A stretch of DNA of 64,000 nucleotides from Lama guanicoe (lineage: Eukaryota). Positions 38,278 through 49,944 of the stretch are shown here, in pieces (position 1 is the first letter of the stretch; the number at the start of each line of letters is the position of its first letter). The DNA lies in assembly GCA_013239625.1 (NCBI GenBank), contig MU054117.1:2852011-2916010 (forward strand), written 5' to 3'. Made by a program: the position numbers and the translations under genes. The notes under the pieces are model-generated. The model was not told the origin of the DNA, did not search any database, and worked only from the letters and a program-made list of their open reading frames with translations.

Positions 38278-38948
38278 CTGCGGGACAGATAATTCCCCCG
38301 TGAGAGAAGCATCCCAGAAAAGCAGGCGGGAAATCCTGGCTGGAAAGGCACAAACTGGCCCCACATGCCAGGCGGTGACAGAGGAGACCGCTGTCCCCCA
38401 GAGTCTCAGTCTGCAGGGCTTCTGTGAGGTGCCCAGCCCTCTCAGTGCAGAGGTGCTAACCCTGCTCCTTGGATCCCGGAATGTGCCCCCCCCCCGCCTT
38501 GTGTCCTGGCAGTGGGAGCAGAACGAGGTCACAGCAGATGCTGATAAAAGAGGGGTCCTTCCAGAGCCCCTGAGGGCACCCCCCAGGGACCAGACGTGGT
38601 CTATGTGGACCGGAATAAACATGGAATTGCTGAGACGGGCTTGGAGGTGGTTTGGGGGCTGCGTGGTCAGCAGCGGCATCTCTAGGTGCCTCAGATTGGG
38701 TATGTAGTTCCCTGAGGGTCGGGTCCAAATCTGATTCACGGTCCTGGGTTCACAGAGCCAGACTGATGACTGTCCTGTGCCTCCTGGGAGGGCACCGTCC
38801 AGGGAGCCCTGTCGTGGGTGCCCTGGCTCTGAAGGAGCCCTGATCAGGAGGGACTGGGGGCCAGTGCAGCCACCCTGCGTGGGCCGGAGGAACAAGTTTA
38901 TTCAAGGAGTCAACTCTGCTCACTCCTCCAAGGCTGGGGCGGATCAGC

Positions 38949-39149
38949 CAGGGGTCTGCACCCCAGGGGCCTACACCCCAGGGGTCTGCACCCCAGGATC
39001 CCTGCACCCCAGGGTCCCTGCAACCCAGGGGCCTGCACCCCAGGATCCCTGCACCCCAGGGTCCCTGCACCCCAGGGGCCTGCATCCCAGGGTCCCTGAA
39101 CCCCAGGGTCCCTGCACCCAAGGGTCCCTGCGCCCCAGGGTCACTGCAC
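38949..39149. repeat. Minisatellite of about 13 units of 15-16 bp (CAGGG[TC/G]CCTGCACCC)
   Basis: Units parsed directly from the sequence. Confidence 0.93.
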
Positions 39150-41204
39150 TTCCCTTGTGGAGAGGAAGTCCTACGTGGGCCTCTCCTGGGGGCGAACAAG
39201 GGCCTGGGCCGCACAGCTACCAGGCGAGTCAATACGATAATGTTCACGTTTACGCCGGCGCTTAGTTTTGCTTTGTGAGACATTTAATTAGGGGCTTTCC
39301 ATCATAATTCGGAAACAAACAGTTTTTCACTGTCGCTGTGCATTTGCTCAGTAGCAAGGGCTGTGGGATCACAGAGACCAACCAGCGGTGCCGTCTGGCC
39401 CCCAGTCCAACTGCTTCACCTTCGAGTCCCTCCAAATAAACGTCCGCGGCCCAGCTGCACGCCCCGACTCTAAGTTTAAAGGCCGTTCCGCTCGAAATGA
39501 AGCCTCGGTGCCTCCTCAGTCTACACGCTCGCTCTTGTTGCAGCTCAGCAGTGAAAAAATGCTCATTTATTCAGTGAGACCATTAGAGCTCAGAAGATCC
39601 AGGAGGATGTTCGACCAAGTCAGACGTACAGGGATCCACCTGTTAGCATAGGCGGCCGCCATTCTCTAATCTTTGGCTCTAAATTCTTACTTCCAGTGAC
39701 CCTGTGCTGCCGAGTGTCTTATTAACCAGACGGCTCTACAGGCGGTCTCTCGGCGTACCCGCGGCGAGACGGCAACGAACACTCACATGGCTCCCGGGCA
39801 CCACGAGACCTCACAGCGTCTTCCGGTCCTTCAAGAGTAGCCCCGCTCACGCGCACGGCGGCTGATGCCCTGGGCGGGCTGCGCCGTGTTCCAGTTACCC
39901 GCTAGCAAGGAGCCCCCGACGGCGTGTGGGGAACGCTCGGCTCCTCAGTCCAACTGTGGGTCCTGGGAAGCCCCCCTCCCCGCCTGTGCTGTGCTGCAGA
40001 AACTTGTGCGGTGAGGTTTTCACCAAAAAGGAAGAAAAGTGGAAGAAGTGGGAAAATGGGCCAAAAGCCCTGCCGTTCGGAGCACAGCGGGGGAGAGAGA
40101 TTTGTAGACTGATGTGTGAGGATGACTAAGGCTTGTGGGATGTCTTGACATGGAAATGCTCTGAAAATAAGAGCATCAGACTTGAAATTCCAGGGCGGGA
40201 CTCTAACCCGGAATCTGGTGTTACCTGAGATGGGCGATGGCCTGTTTCCTTCCTTGCAAAGGGGATGCTGGGTCCTGAATGACCAAGCGGGCTGAGGTAG
40301 GGGACCGCCAGCCGGGCCTCTGGGCCCCGCACCACCAGCACAGGGCTGCCTCTTGGACAAGAAGAGGCAGTCTTCCTTCTTAAAGCGATTCTCGGATTAA
40401 AAAAAAAACAAAGAAAGAGCTTAGAAAGAACAGCAGGAAAAAAAGCCCAGGCCCCAGCTGGAGCTGTGGTTTCTGCTCTTTGCAACATTCCTCTTTATAC
40501 AAACTCTCCGGACACCTTGCTTCCCCTCCACGGGCCCTGGCCTGTGCTGATGAAGGAGGGATTAGGCCTCTCTGCAAAACTACGGCAAAAGTAAGTGAGC
40601 AATCACACGAGGCCAGGGCGCGTGCGACCCATCCCGGGCAGTCAGGCTCCCACACAGGAGGGGCTGGGGCCGGGCTGGGGTCTCCTGGTCCTCTCTGACT
40701 TCATCCTCACAGCTTGAGCGGCTCACCTGCCTGCTAGGGCGTCAGCCTGCTCACTGCGTGGACAAAGATGCTAATGATTATCCACCAGATGAAAAGTCCA
40801 AAGGGCATCTCCTTTGGTGACTAAGCCTGAGGCCACCCAACCTCGGCTGACACTTCTAGAGATGCTGGTGAATCCCAGCGGGCGCCCCAGGTCGGAGAGA
40901 AGGACAGGAGCTCCTGAGCGGGGCACACGGTCTCTGTGCCGCGGGTGTTGGCTCTGCCACGTGTCCCTGTGGGGTCTGCCCGCCCCTCCTCGTTCCCTCT
41001 CTATTCCCTGAGCTGTGAGGTGAGCTCTGATATGGAAGCCTCTCCCCACCTTCCATCACTTCAGTTGCCTTTCTCTGAGCTTGAGCCTCTTGGAAGACAG
41101 ATTTGTTGCAATTCAAAAGATTACTCCTCTCTGACTTTAAATAACAAGAGCTGTCAATTTGGAGCAAGGGCTGGATTTCAGCTCAGGATGCGCAGCTGTT
41201 GTGA

Positions 41205-41252
41205 TGTGTGTGTGTGTCTCTGTGTGTCTGTGTCTGTGTGTGTGTGTGTGTG
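41205..41252. repeat. Interrupted (TG)n microsatellite
   Basis: Read directly from the sequence. Confidence 0.9.
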
Positions 41253-43194
41253 AATATCTACTTTATTTGCTGGGAGAAAAAAGCACTTAGCCACGATAGT
41301 GCTGCTGTCTCTCCAGACCCAGAACAAAAAACTTTCTCAGCACGTTAACGCATGCAGTTAGGCTAAGAAAAAAAAAGGCTGGAAAATTATATCTTGGGGG
41401 TTTCCATATTTATCTGGCCCCCCGATGATGAGTCAAAACAAGATTTATTTGTGTAGCTCGTTCTAAACTGCCAGCACTTCAAGCTCAACTTGGAACGTGG
41501 GGGGAAAAATCAAACTGCTATTTTTTGCTGCGTGCCTCACATCACTCCCAGCGACACAGACCACAGAGCGCGAGCCGGCCAGGGCTGGGGGTGGGGAGGG
41601 AAGCGGGCCTGGCCCCTCTCAGCTGCAGAACTGCTTTGCTTGGAGACTGAGGCCAGAAGGGCTGAAGAGAGATGAAGGCCTCTTTCCCAGAAGTGGATTT
41701 CGACCTGGGCCATGGACAAGGACAGAGCAGAGCACAGTGGCAAAGCCCACGTCCCAGCTGCTGGACAAGCCGTGTGTCCTCGACAAGTCCCTTCTCTCTG
41801 CAGCTCAGGACTTCCCATCTATGAAGCAAGAGCCTCGGTGAGATTAATCTGCACATTTTCCCCCAGCTCAGAGTCACTGGTCTTGCTGGTTAAGGACGCC
41901 AGTCAGATTCCACTCCCTTGACGTGCAGACCTAAGAGGACAGCGCTCACAGTTCAGGTTAACGCGCGGGGACCGCAGACACTGCAGACCAACAACCTGGG
42001 TTTGGGAGAAATACCAGCCCATCAGGCTGGGACCAGTCCTATGATCTCCACCTGATGCAGGCCCCAAAGTCTTCAGACGTCCAGTACGTCTCACGATCTG
42101 AACATGGGGTCCTCAGAGCCTGAGCAACTTCTCCTGCAGACTGGACTGGTTAAACCCACGCAGGGGCGGTGAGCAGGTCCGGCAGGGCCGGGAATGCTAA
42201 AGGCTTTGATTTGCTGTGAGCGTACAGGAAAGACGAAATGGCAGGAGCATCTTCACCGAGCGTGTCTGGGCCCAGCGTGGGCTTCTTCTGCCGGAGGCCT
42301 GCAGGCCAGGCAGAGGCACCGAGCTGGGAAGAGGCCCGGGAGAGGGCAGGACACGCCCGCCTCATAACACAGAGCAGCTGCCTGCGTCTCTTGCGCCCAA
42401 GGAGTCTGGTTCCCTGTGGGCTGGAAAGATCCTCTAGGGCCCTCTCATCCACATGCACTCCAGCTCCATACTGGACCCCCTGAGAGTCACGTGCCATCCT
42501 CTGTAGAATGTGGGGGCCAGGAGGAAACTTCCAGAGCCTCCGGTCCACTGTTTCACTGAGTGGCTGGCCACGTTTCACAGTCAGGAGGTGGCTGGGCTGG
42601 GACAGTGAGAACTTCCTTTCCAGGGAAGTCCACGCCTCCCCCAGCGCTGTTCCTGCCCCACACACCCTCCTCCAAGAGTCAGTCTTTGCCACATATGATC
42701 GATGGCGATCTCAGCCTTTTCTGCGGTATCGCTTTTCAGGTTGAGGAAAAGGCGGCTGAGAAGAGCTGGTATTCACTTAATACTAAGATTTCAGAAAGCG
42801 GCCCCTCCACCTCTCCTCCTCCAGGTGGGGGAGCTGGGGAAGCGCTTGGAGCGCTAGGGAAACACAAAGTGAGCCACAGACACCAGGTCCCGATGAAACT
42901 AGCTGTCAAGTTTTCATCTCTGATTGCTGGTTGCCAAGGCAGGATGCCTTCAGCGTTTCAAGAATCCTGAGAAGAAGCGGATTTATGATGCCACCGTTCC
43001 ACGCCTTCTACACACACCCCACCGCCTGCCTTAGCCCTCTGCACGTGCCCACGGAACCCCGGGCCGCGGAGCCGGGTCCGTCACACGGAGTCCTCCAGGG
43101 CGCCTGCTGAGCGCCGGGCACGCAGGTCACGCCCAGCCAATTCCCGTCGAAGGAGCACCAGCATCTCTGAAAGTGACTTAGAATCTTGCTTCTC

Positions 43195-43520
43195 CCCGTG
43201 CCTTCCCTGGACCAGCAGCACCGGCTTCACCTGAGAACTTGTCAGAAATGCCGCGTCTCAGGCCCCAGCCTGGACCTGCTGGACCAGAATCCGTGTTTCA
43301 ACAAGGTCCCAGCAGCTCCCGGATGAGATTCGACTTGGAGAGGCACTGGCTTAGGCTGGGAACCGTGGCGGCTGAGACTCAAACAACCCGGCAAACTTTG
43401 GCTCTCGTTTGGATTTCTAGGCCCGGAATCATTCTGCCTGGGCGGGGGGTGGGGAGAGGCCCCGGAATCTGTCCTGCTTGAGCGCGCCAGGGGTGAGCCT
43501 TCCAAGTCTGGAAGCACTAT
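43195..43520. mobile_element. One or two MER5-like relics
   Basis: ccctggaccagcagcaccggcttcacctgagaacttgtcagaaatgc...ctcaggccccagcctggacctgctggaccagaatc...caacaaggtccc. Confidence 0.65.
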
Positions 43521-43979
43521 CACTGGACGCGGACCTGCGCCTTTACAGCAGGAGAACTCAAACCACAGGCCACGCAGAAGAGCCCCGCCCCACGCGGATG
43601 CCTCTGAGTTGACTGCAGGCGGACCTCCTGTCTCGGCTTGGCTTCCGTGGACACTCTGGGGGGCGCGGCTGGCAATGCTTTCCAGCCCCACTCCGCGATG
43701 GAACAGGCCAGGCGGCGGGCCCGGCCCGGTTCCCTGCGGAACGACTGAACTCACGCTGCCAGCTGTGAGGCCGCCCCTTCTGACAGTTCTTAGCCTCCAG
43801 GTCCACCTCCAAGTTCAACCTGAGGTTCCACTTCTTTGCTAGATTCCCAGGCTCTCTGCGCAAAACAGGGACCTTAGAAACGACAGCCCCCCACTAACGG
43901 CGGAGAGCATATAAATTTGTCTCCATCCGTTCCTGTTAATCCCAGACTATCTGAACTGCCTCGTCCCAGCGCTGGTACA

Positions 43980-44135
43980 CAGCTGTCCCTCCGTGTCTGC
44001 AGGGGATTGGCTCCAGGACCCCCCGGCAGGCACAAAATCCACAGACATTCAAGGCCTTTATATAAAATGGAGTGGCATGGTTGGCACCCCGTCCCTGCCC
44101 CAAATCCATGTGTTCCGCACCCTCTGGTTCAGTGT
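43980..44135 (+). mobile_element. MER2-like TcMar-Tigger relic
   Basis: cagctgtccctccgtgtctgcaggggattggctccaggaccccc...aaaatccacagacattcaaggcctttatataaaatgg matches the recalled MER2 left end. Confidence 0.75.
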
Positions 44136-45994
44136 GTGCAGAAAGCCCCTCTGTGCTTCTATCAAAGTTTAGACATAGGGAACCATTAACCGTCTGCAGC
44201 TGGGAAAGGAATAGGTGACCTTGAAGAAGTCATGGCCCCAACTTCGTCTAAGAACGAGCTGGCTGTACCACATCAGTGATGTTCAAAGGGAAACACTCTG
44301 GTCTAACAAAATTGTAGCTGGACCTCCGGGGCACAATCGTGAACAAAGTAGAGGGTTCTGAGGTGGGGGAGGAGGGGCCCAGATCTTTGATCACGACCCT
44401 TCCCCGCCCCTCCCTGGCCTGCGGGAAAGGTCAGTCTGATGCCAGGGCTCCTGGGAGGAAATCTTAAAAAACCACTGAGTTAGGTAATCACTGAAGTCTC
44501 TCCCAGTGCTTAACTTCTGCAAGGAAGGGAAACCGGCTGGTGCCATCAAAAATAATCACGTCATAAATTATAAAGTTTAAACAGGAGTCACTTCCAGAGC
44601 ACCCACCACCTGCCTCCGCTATTAGCTCTGTGCAGAGCCGTTCACTGCATTTCCAAAATGTACGTTTTCTCTATGGTCAGTGTTTCAGATGCAATAGTTT
44701 TGAAAAAATAATTTGTATCACGCAGATTTCCCAGAAACCCCTGAATCTGGCTTCCATCCTTGTTCCTTATTTTTCTTGGTAATGAGAAGGATGTGGATTA
44801 ACAATAGAGAAGGGAGTGGCCCATTCAGTCCAAACTTCCAGAGAAACAGATTTCAGCGCCAGGAAGCGTGACTCTTAGGGCCGAAAGACAAAACAGTGAA
44901 CAACCCCCGTGTTCCACCTGCACAGCAACACAGCCTCCGTCCATGCAGCCAGCATCTGCTAAGCGCAGCGCCGGGGGGCCAGGTCAGCGCTGGGCTCTGC
45001 GACAGAGCCGCACAAAGCAGCAGAGACCCGGGCAGGTAGCGGCGTGGGTGCAGCACGTGACAGGGTGACAGGAGGGTGAGGGGCGGGGCGGGGCCTATGG
45101 GCTTGAGAGAGATTTTGAACCTAAGCTCCATGGGATGTCCGCTCCTCGAGTCCCCAGACCCCAGAACAGTGCCTGGCAGCGCTTAGAGCAAATTAACACA
45201 CAGAGCAGCGGTCCTGCTGGTGGGAGGAGCTGGGACCTCCTATTTGACTGTGAGCGAAGGAATCAGGGCAGGGCCTGTACGAAACAGTAAGTGGCTTGTC
45301 CACGCCGCCCTTGGCCTTGAGAAGCCTGCGTCCGAGTGGGCGCGGAGGACACGCAGGCGGTCAGGAAGTGAAGACGAAGCCTGCTGCAAGGACACCGAGA
45401 AAGCAGAGCCTCCCCGAGAGCCCAGCAGTCAGAGAGGAGCCCTGTGTCTCTCGGGCCCTGCCCAGGGTGACTCTGGGGCGAGCCTGGGGTCCTCACACTG
45501 CAGACCAGCCTCCCCTGGCGTGAGGAGTGGTGACCAAGGCCCCCAGACACCGTGAGGTGCTGCTCCTGGGCTGGGCACAGCGGGACCCCCTGGAGCTAGG
45601 AAACTGCAGGGGTAGGGAGAGGTGGTGGTGACTCAGGGTAGCCACAGCCGGGGGAGCCGGCCTTGACACGGGGCGCTCCCTCCCCCAGTCCTCTCCCACT
45701 TTCCACAGCCGGAATGACACCATCATTGGCTTAATCTGTATTTTCCCTGTGTCCCCTCCACCCCTCACCCCAAGGAGGGCAGAGGCGGCATCTCTCACGT
45801 TCACCTTTGGGTCCCCAGTAACCAGCCTGCTGCCGGGCCCTTGGGGAGACAGACGCGCGGACGCCTGAGCAGGTTTGTTCCGGGAGGTGGGGTCTGAGCC
45901 AGGTTTTGAAAGTGCGGGTAGCGGGGGTGAAGGTGGGGCTGCGGGTGGGTGCGGCCCAGGAGGAAGGGCCTCCCGGGGAGGACCACCAGCTCAC

Positions 45995-46109
45995 CTCCAC
46001 GCTGCTCAGCCACTGCCGCACCGACAGGAAGGACTCTCTGGCTGTGAGGTCGTACATGACGATGACGCCGTCGGCCTTTCTGAAGAACTGCCGGGTGATG
46101 CAGCGGTAC
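45995..46109 (-). CDS. CRACR2A: CRACR2A exon 17 (115 bp): (R)[38 protein letters not shown]
   Basis: Acceptor cttcggcgcag, donor GAG|gtgagc. Confidence 0.96.
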
Positions 46110-46208
46110 CTGCGCCGAAGGGCGGGTCAGGGCGGGGCCTCCCCTCCGCAGCCGCCCCCGCCCTCTCAGGGAGGGGGGAGGCAGGGCTCCCCGACGATGC
46201 CGCCTCAC

Positions 46209-46290
46209 CTCTCCTGCCCCGCCGTGTCCCACAGCTGCAGGGCCACGTGCGAGTCGTCCACGCACACCGTCTTCACGCGGTAATCGATGC
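46209..46290 (-). CDS. CRACR2A: CRACR2A exon 16 (82 bp): (G)[26 protein letters not shown](R)
   Basis: Acceptor ccacccgcag, donor AG|gtgagg; WDTAGQE Rab G3 motif. Confidence 0.96.
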
Positions 46291-48328
46291 CTGCGGGTGG
46301 AGCAGAGCGTCAAGTCCAAGCCAGGAAACCACGCCCCACCGTGTCCTCCCTCCCCGTGTGGCTCCTGACAGGTGATGTGGGCGGGGACAGAGCGCTGGAC
46401 AGGGAGGGCCGGGACCTGAGCTCTGGTCCAGTCTCTGCTACTGCCCAGCTGTGGGACCTTGATCAAATCACCTGACCTCTCTGAACCGCAGGCTTCTCCC
46501 TGCAGTGCAACCCAGACCCTCCTCAGGGGTCAAACGAGACCAGGTGCGTAAAAGCAACCGACGAATGCAAAGAATTGCCACTCATGAATTCACTCCCTCA
46601 TTGTGAAGATGGAGGAGACAGAAACTCTGTCCTCAAATTCCATCCTTCCTCCCTCCCTCCCTCCCTCTTTCCATCCTTCCTTTTCTTATTTCCCTCTAAA
46701 ATCCTATTCAATGTTCCCACAATAAAATTCAAATCTCCCTGGTGGGATGGATCACACTTTCAGACTTCCATCTGTGACCCCACCTGGCGTCATGGACCCT
46801 GGAGAGTGGGCACAGGGCACGGAGACGCACGGTGGGCCCCACAGCAGCCCTCGGAGACGGGATCTAAGTGCAGGTTCTTTGAGAACAGACATTGCGAGGA
46901 CACAGGAAGCCAGCGTCCCGCCGAAGAGACAGTGCAGAGTGATGTGGGACCAGAGGGATTTCTGACCTGTTCCAACACTCACGGGGAGCCCTGTCACCGC
47001 GGGTGTGCCGTGCGGTGGGATACGTGGGTCAGGGCTGGGTGATGGACCCTGGGAGGGTGGCGTTCACTTTTCTGGACAGGAGAGGCCCGAGCGGTCATTC
47101 TGAGCAGGAAGGTCTGGGACTGGGGAGTGCCAGCAAGTTGTCAGGGAGGAAAGCTTGTGGGGTTTCTCCACGGAGATGAAGAGAGGAATGGAAACTGGAC
47201 GGGTGCCCCGAAGGGCAGAGGACATCCCGCCAAGGAACGCTTTGGGAAGAAACACCTTGGCTGTGGCTTGTGGTTTTAAGCAGGGGAACGTGAACCCAGG
47301 CGGGGCCTCAGGAGAAGGACAGGACTCGGAGTCCTGGGTTCTAGGGCCTTGGCCTCCAGCAGCCAGTCTTCTCACTGACAAGCCGAGCCCCAGCCTTCTA
47401 CAGGAACCATCACCTGCCGTCTCCAGGACGCCCGCGGGGACGGGCTGGTGCTGAGGTCGGGGAGGCAGGGCGCCCCAGTTCACACTGTTGCATCATAGAA
47501 CCAGATGGCGCACAAGCTGAGGGTGGTGTGCAAGCCCGCGCTCGTGAGGGAGATGGGGGGCCAGGAAGTCCCAGGTGCGGCTGAGCTCTAGGGAGCTGCT
47601 GCGTCCCTGCCGGTGCCGTGTCGAGGGGCTGGGGCCGCCGTGCTTGACGGGGTCGGGGTGGGGGAGCTGCGTGGGCTCCAGGAGGCGGCTGGCGTGACGT
47701 CTGCTCGGGACATGCGTGCGGGGAGGCGAACCCCAGCCACCGCTCCAGCTTGCTTTGCACAGCACGGTGAAGGGTGTCCCGGATTTGGAAACTTGGGTAT
47801 TTTTCCCCTTCCTAAACTGTAGGTGTTTCCATAATTGGCCTCCTGGGAAGTGCAAATTAGTCTGATTTTTCTCTTTTTCAGAGCGCTGCATCTCAGGGGC
47901 ACCGGTTGGAAGTGTAAGACCCCGATTCCCTGATTTCACCAACATGAGAGGCACCATAAGTGTGCACTACTGGAGGGACGCCCCCGGGGGCCTGATGTCA
48001 CAGCGTCCCTCCCCCGCCTCCCGCGGGCCTATGCCTGAGCCGTGACCTTGGTGGTCGTTCCTTGGGGACCCCACTGAATGCTCCAGGGAAGGCCAGTCCA
48101 GCTCCATGGCCATTGTCTCCCGTGTCACCACGCTCAGCACACATGGTTTAGCTCCAGCCGTCCATCTCCAGCCACACAAGGCCAGGCTCTTCTGTACTGT
48201 CTTCCCATCAGGGTGCAGTTCTTCATCTTGGGATGCCCCCAGTCTCCGGGTGCATCAGGGAGGAAGGGAGGGGACAGGACAATACTCCAGCTGTGGTGCA
48301 GCCTCGGAAAAGGCTCAGTGGTAAGAAC

Positions 48329-48450
48329 GGGGCGCCTGGAGCCTGCAGGAAGGGGCGCCTGGAGCCTGCAGGGGGAAGGCTGGAGCCTGCAGGAAGGGGC
48401 GCCTGGAGCCTGCAGGAAGGGGCGCCTGGAGCCTGCAGGGGGATGGCTGG
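48329..48450. repeat. Minisatellite of 5 units of 21-23 bp (GGGGCGCCTGGAGCCTGCAGGAA)
   Basis: Core CTGGAGCCTGCAGG at 48336, 48359, 48380, 48403 and 48426. Confidence 0.92.
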
Positions 48451-49417
48451 AAGGAAGGTTACGCTGGAGGAAGAGAACGGAGGCCCCCCAGGCAGGGCTC
48501 TGGGCAGGAGGTTTGCCTCGTAGGGCCAGGCTGTGAGACAGCCAAGGGTCACGGCGGTCTGGACGGAGCCCTGGACTTGGAAGCTGTCCTGGGTGACCCG
48601 GTTCAAATCTCTCATTTTCTTCGGGTGAGGAAGTACTGAAGCCCAAAGAGGAAACATGTTCTCCCGAGGTCACACGGCTGGTCAGTGGCGGAGCTGAGAT
48701 GAAGGTCCAGGATTTCTGAGGCTCTGTTGAACCTCCCCACCTGTGCCAACCTCTGCTCACGTCCTGTGGCAGAAAATGGAGGCTGGGCACGCACAGCGCA
48801 GTGTTGTCAGGGACACGGTGGACTGGAACAGCAGGGGTGCGTGTGTGTCAGGGGTGCAGGCCAGGGTTAGCGCCCACCAGTGGAGGGGATCGAGGACCTG
48901 CCTCTGGACCTCTCTGGGCCTCAGTTTCCCGGTCTGTCCACTGGGCTAATAGCAGTGCTTGCCTTTCAGGGTTGTCGTGAAGATAGATGACTATAAACCA
49001 TGGTAAACATTCAGATCAAATCAACGTACTTGCAGACAGAGTTGACTTTGCTGCGTGGTTAAATGGCCCGTAGAAGGCTCTCAGTGGATTTCCTCTTTCT
49101 GCTTGAGTGATTTGAGTCAGTAGAAGCTAAGAGGTTGACATGCCCCTGGGTCTCCCACATATTCCAACACGAGGAGCAGCTCTGGGTGAGGGGGCAAAGG
49201 CTCCGATCTCAGTGCAGTGTCACCCAAGATGCTACCGGGAGCACATGAAGCCGTGATGGGCTGGTAATAGCAGAGATTAACGGGCTTTGGCAACAGACTC
49301 CAGCTGATAGCCAGCAGCGCCGGGGTGGAGTCGGGGACATTTGATGAGTGAGAGAAGGCACCGAGAGCACTGCCATCCGTCCCACCTGTCTGCACGCATG
49401 TGCGTGGGCTCACACAG

Positions 49418-49424
<7 letters not shown>

Positions 49425-49464
<40 letters not shown>
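49425..49464. repeat. (CA)20 microsatellite
   Basis: Read directly from the sequence. Confidence 0.95.
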
Positions 49465-49465
<1 letters not shown>

Positions 49466-49811
49466 GGGGCAGGGAGGCAGCTGGCCCGCGGGGGAGGCAG
49501 GTTGCTGTGGGGGGTGCCGGCCCCGGGGAGAGTGGGACAGGGATGATTCCAGACCGATGGGGTCAGAGAGGGGACAAGGGCCAGAAGTCCACCTTTGCCA
49601 ACTTCAGTTCCCCTCAGGCTGGATGTAGGGAGCATTCGTGGTCCATCCTCCGTGGGAAGAGCTGAGGGGCCAGCTCCGTGCAGCGGTGGGCCTCCCCTAC
49701 CAGCCGGGCCCGCAGTCCCTCCCACGGCTCCAAGTCCCTCCCAGGGCCCCCTTCCCACAGCTGCCCCCTCTGCGAGGTGGGCCAGGGGTCCAGCCTGGGG
49801 AGAGAACTCAC

Positions 49812-49944
49812 CTACAGTGGCCGCCGAGCCCGGGGAGAAGCTGCCGTCACAGAACTGCCCCAGGAAGGACGTCTTCCCTACAGCCGAATTGCCCACGAAC
49901 ACGATCTTGAAGAGCCGGTCTGGGGTGGACGCAGGGCCTTCCTC
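49812..49944 (-). CDS. CRACR2A: CRACR2A exon 15 (133 bp): [44 protein letters not shown](G), P-loop and switch I
   Basis: Acceptor ctgcctcccacag, donor G|gtgagt; GxxxxGKT motif. Confidence 0.96.

Noticed and set aside
37811..38895. Long overlapping ORFs of 298 aa (+) and 291 aa (-)
   Set aside because: The minus ORF is CRACR2A exon 18 plus open intronic flanks, and the plus ORF is its antisense shadow. Neither has a recognisable domain outside the exon, and both start at non-ATG codons.
38949..39149. Possible CRISPR-like array (also 48329-48450)
   Set aside because: Head-to-tail tandem units without unique spacers, no cas genes, and a mammalian context
38750..39283. ORFs with repeated Cys/Pro/Gly peptides (CTPGS, DPGVQG)
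   Set aside because: Translation of the 15/16-bp minisatellite, with no splice or start context
49117..49902. 261-aa ORF with a P-loop followed by a (CV)n run
   Set aside because: Read-through of CRACR2A exon 15 past a strong GTGAGT donor; the CV run is the translated (CA)20 microsatellite
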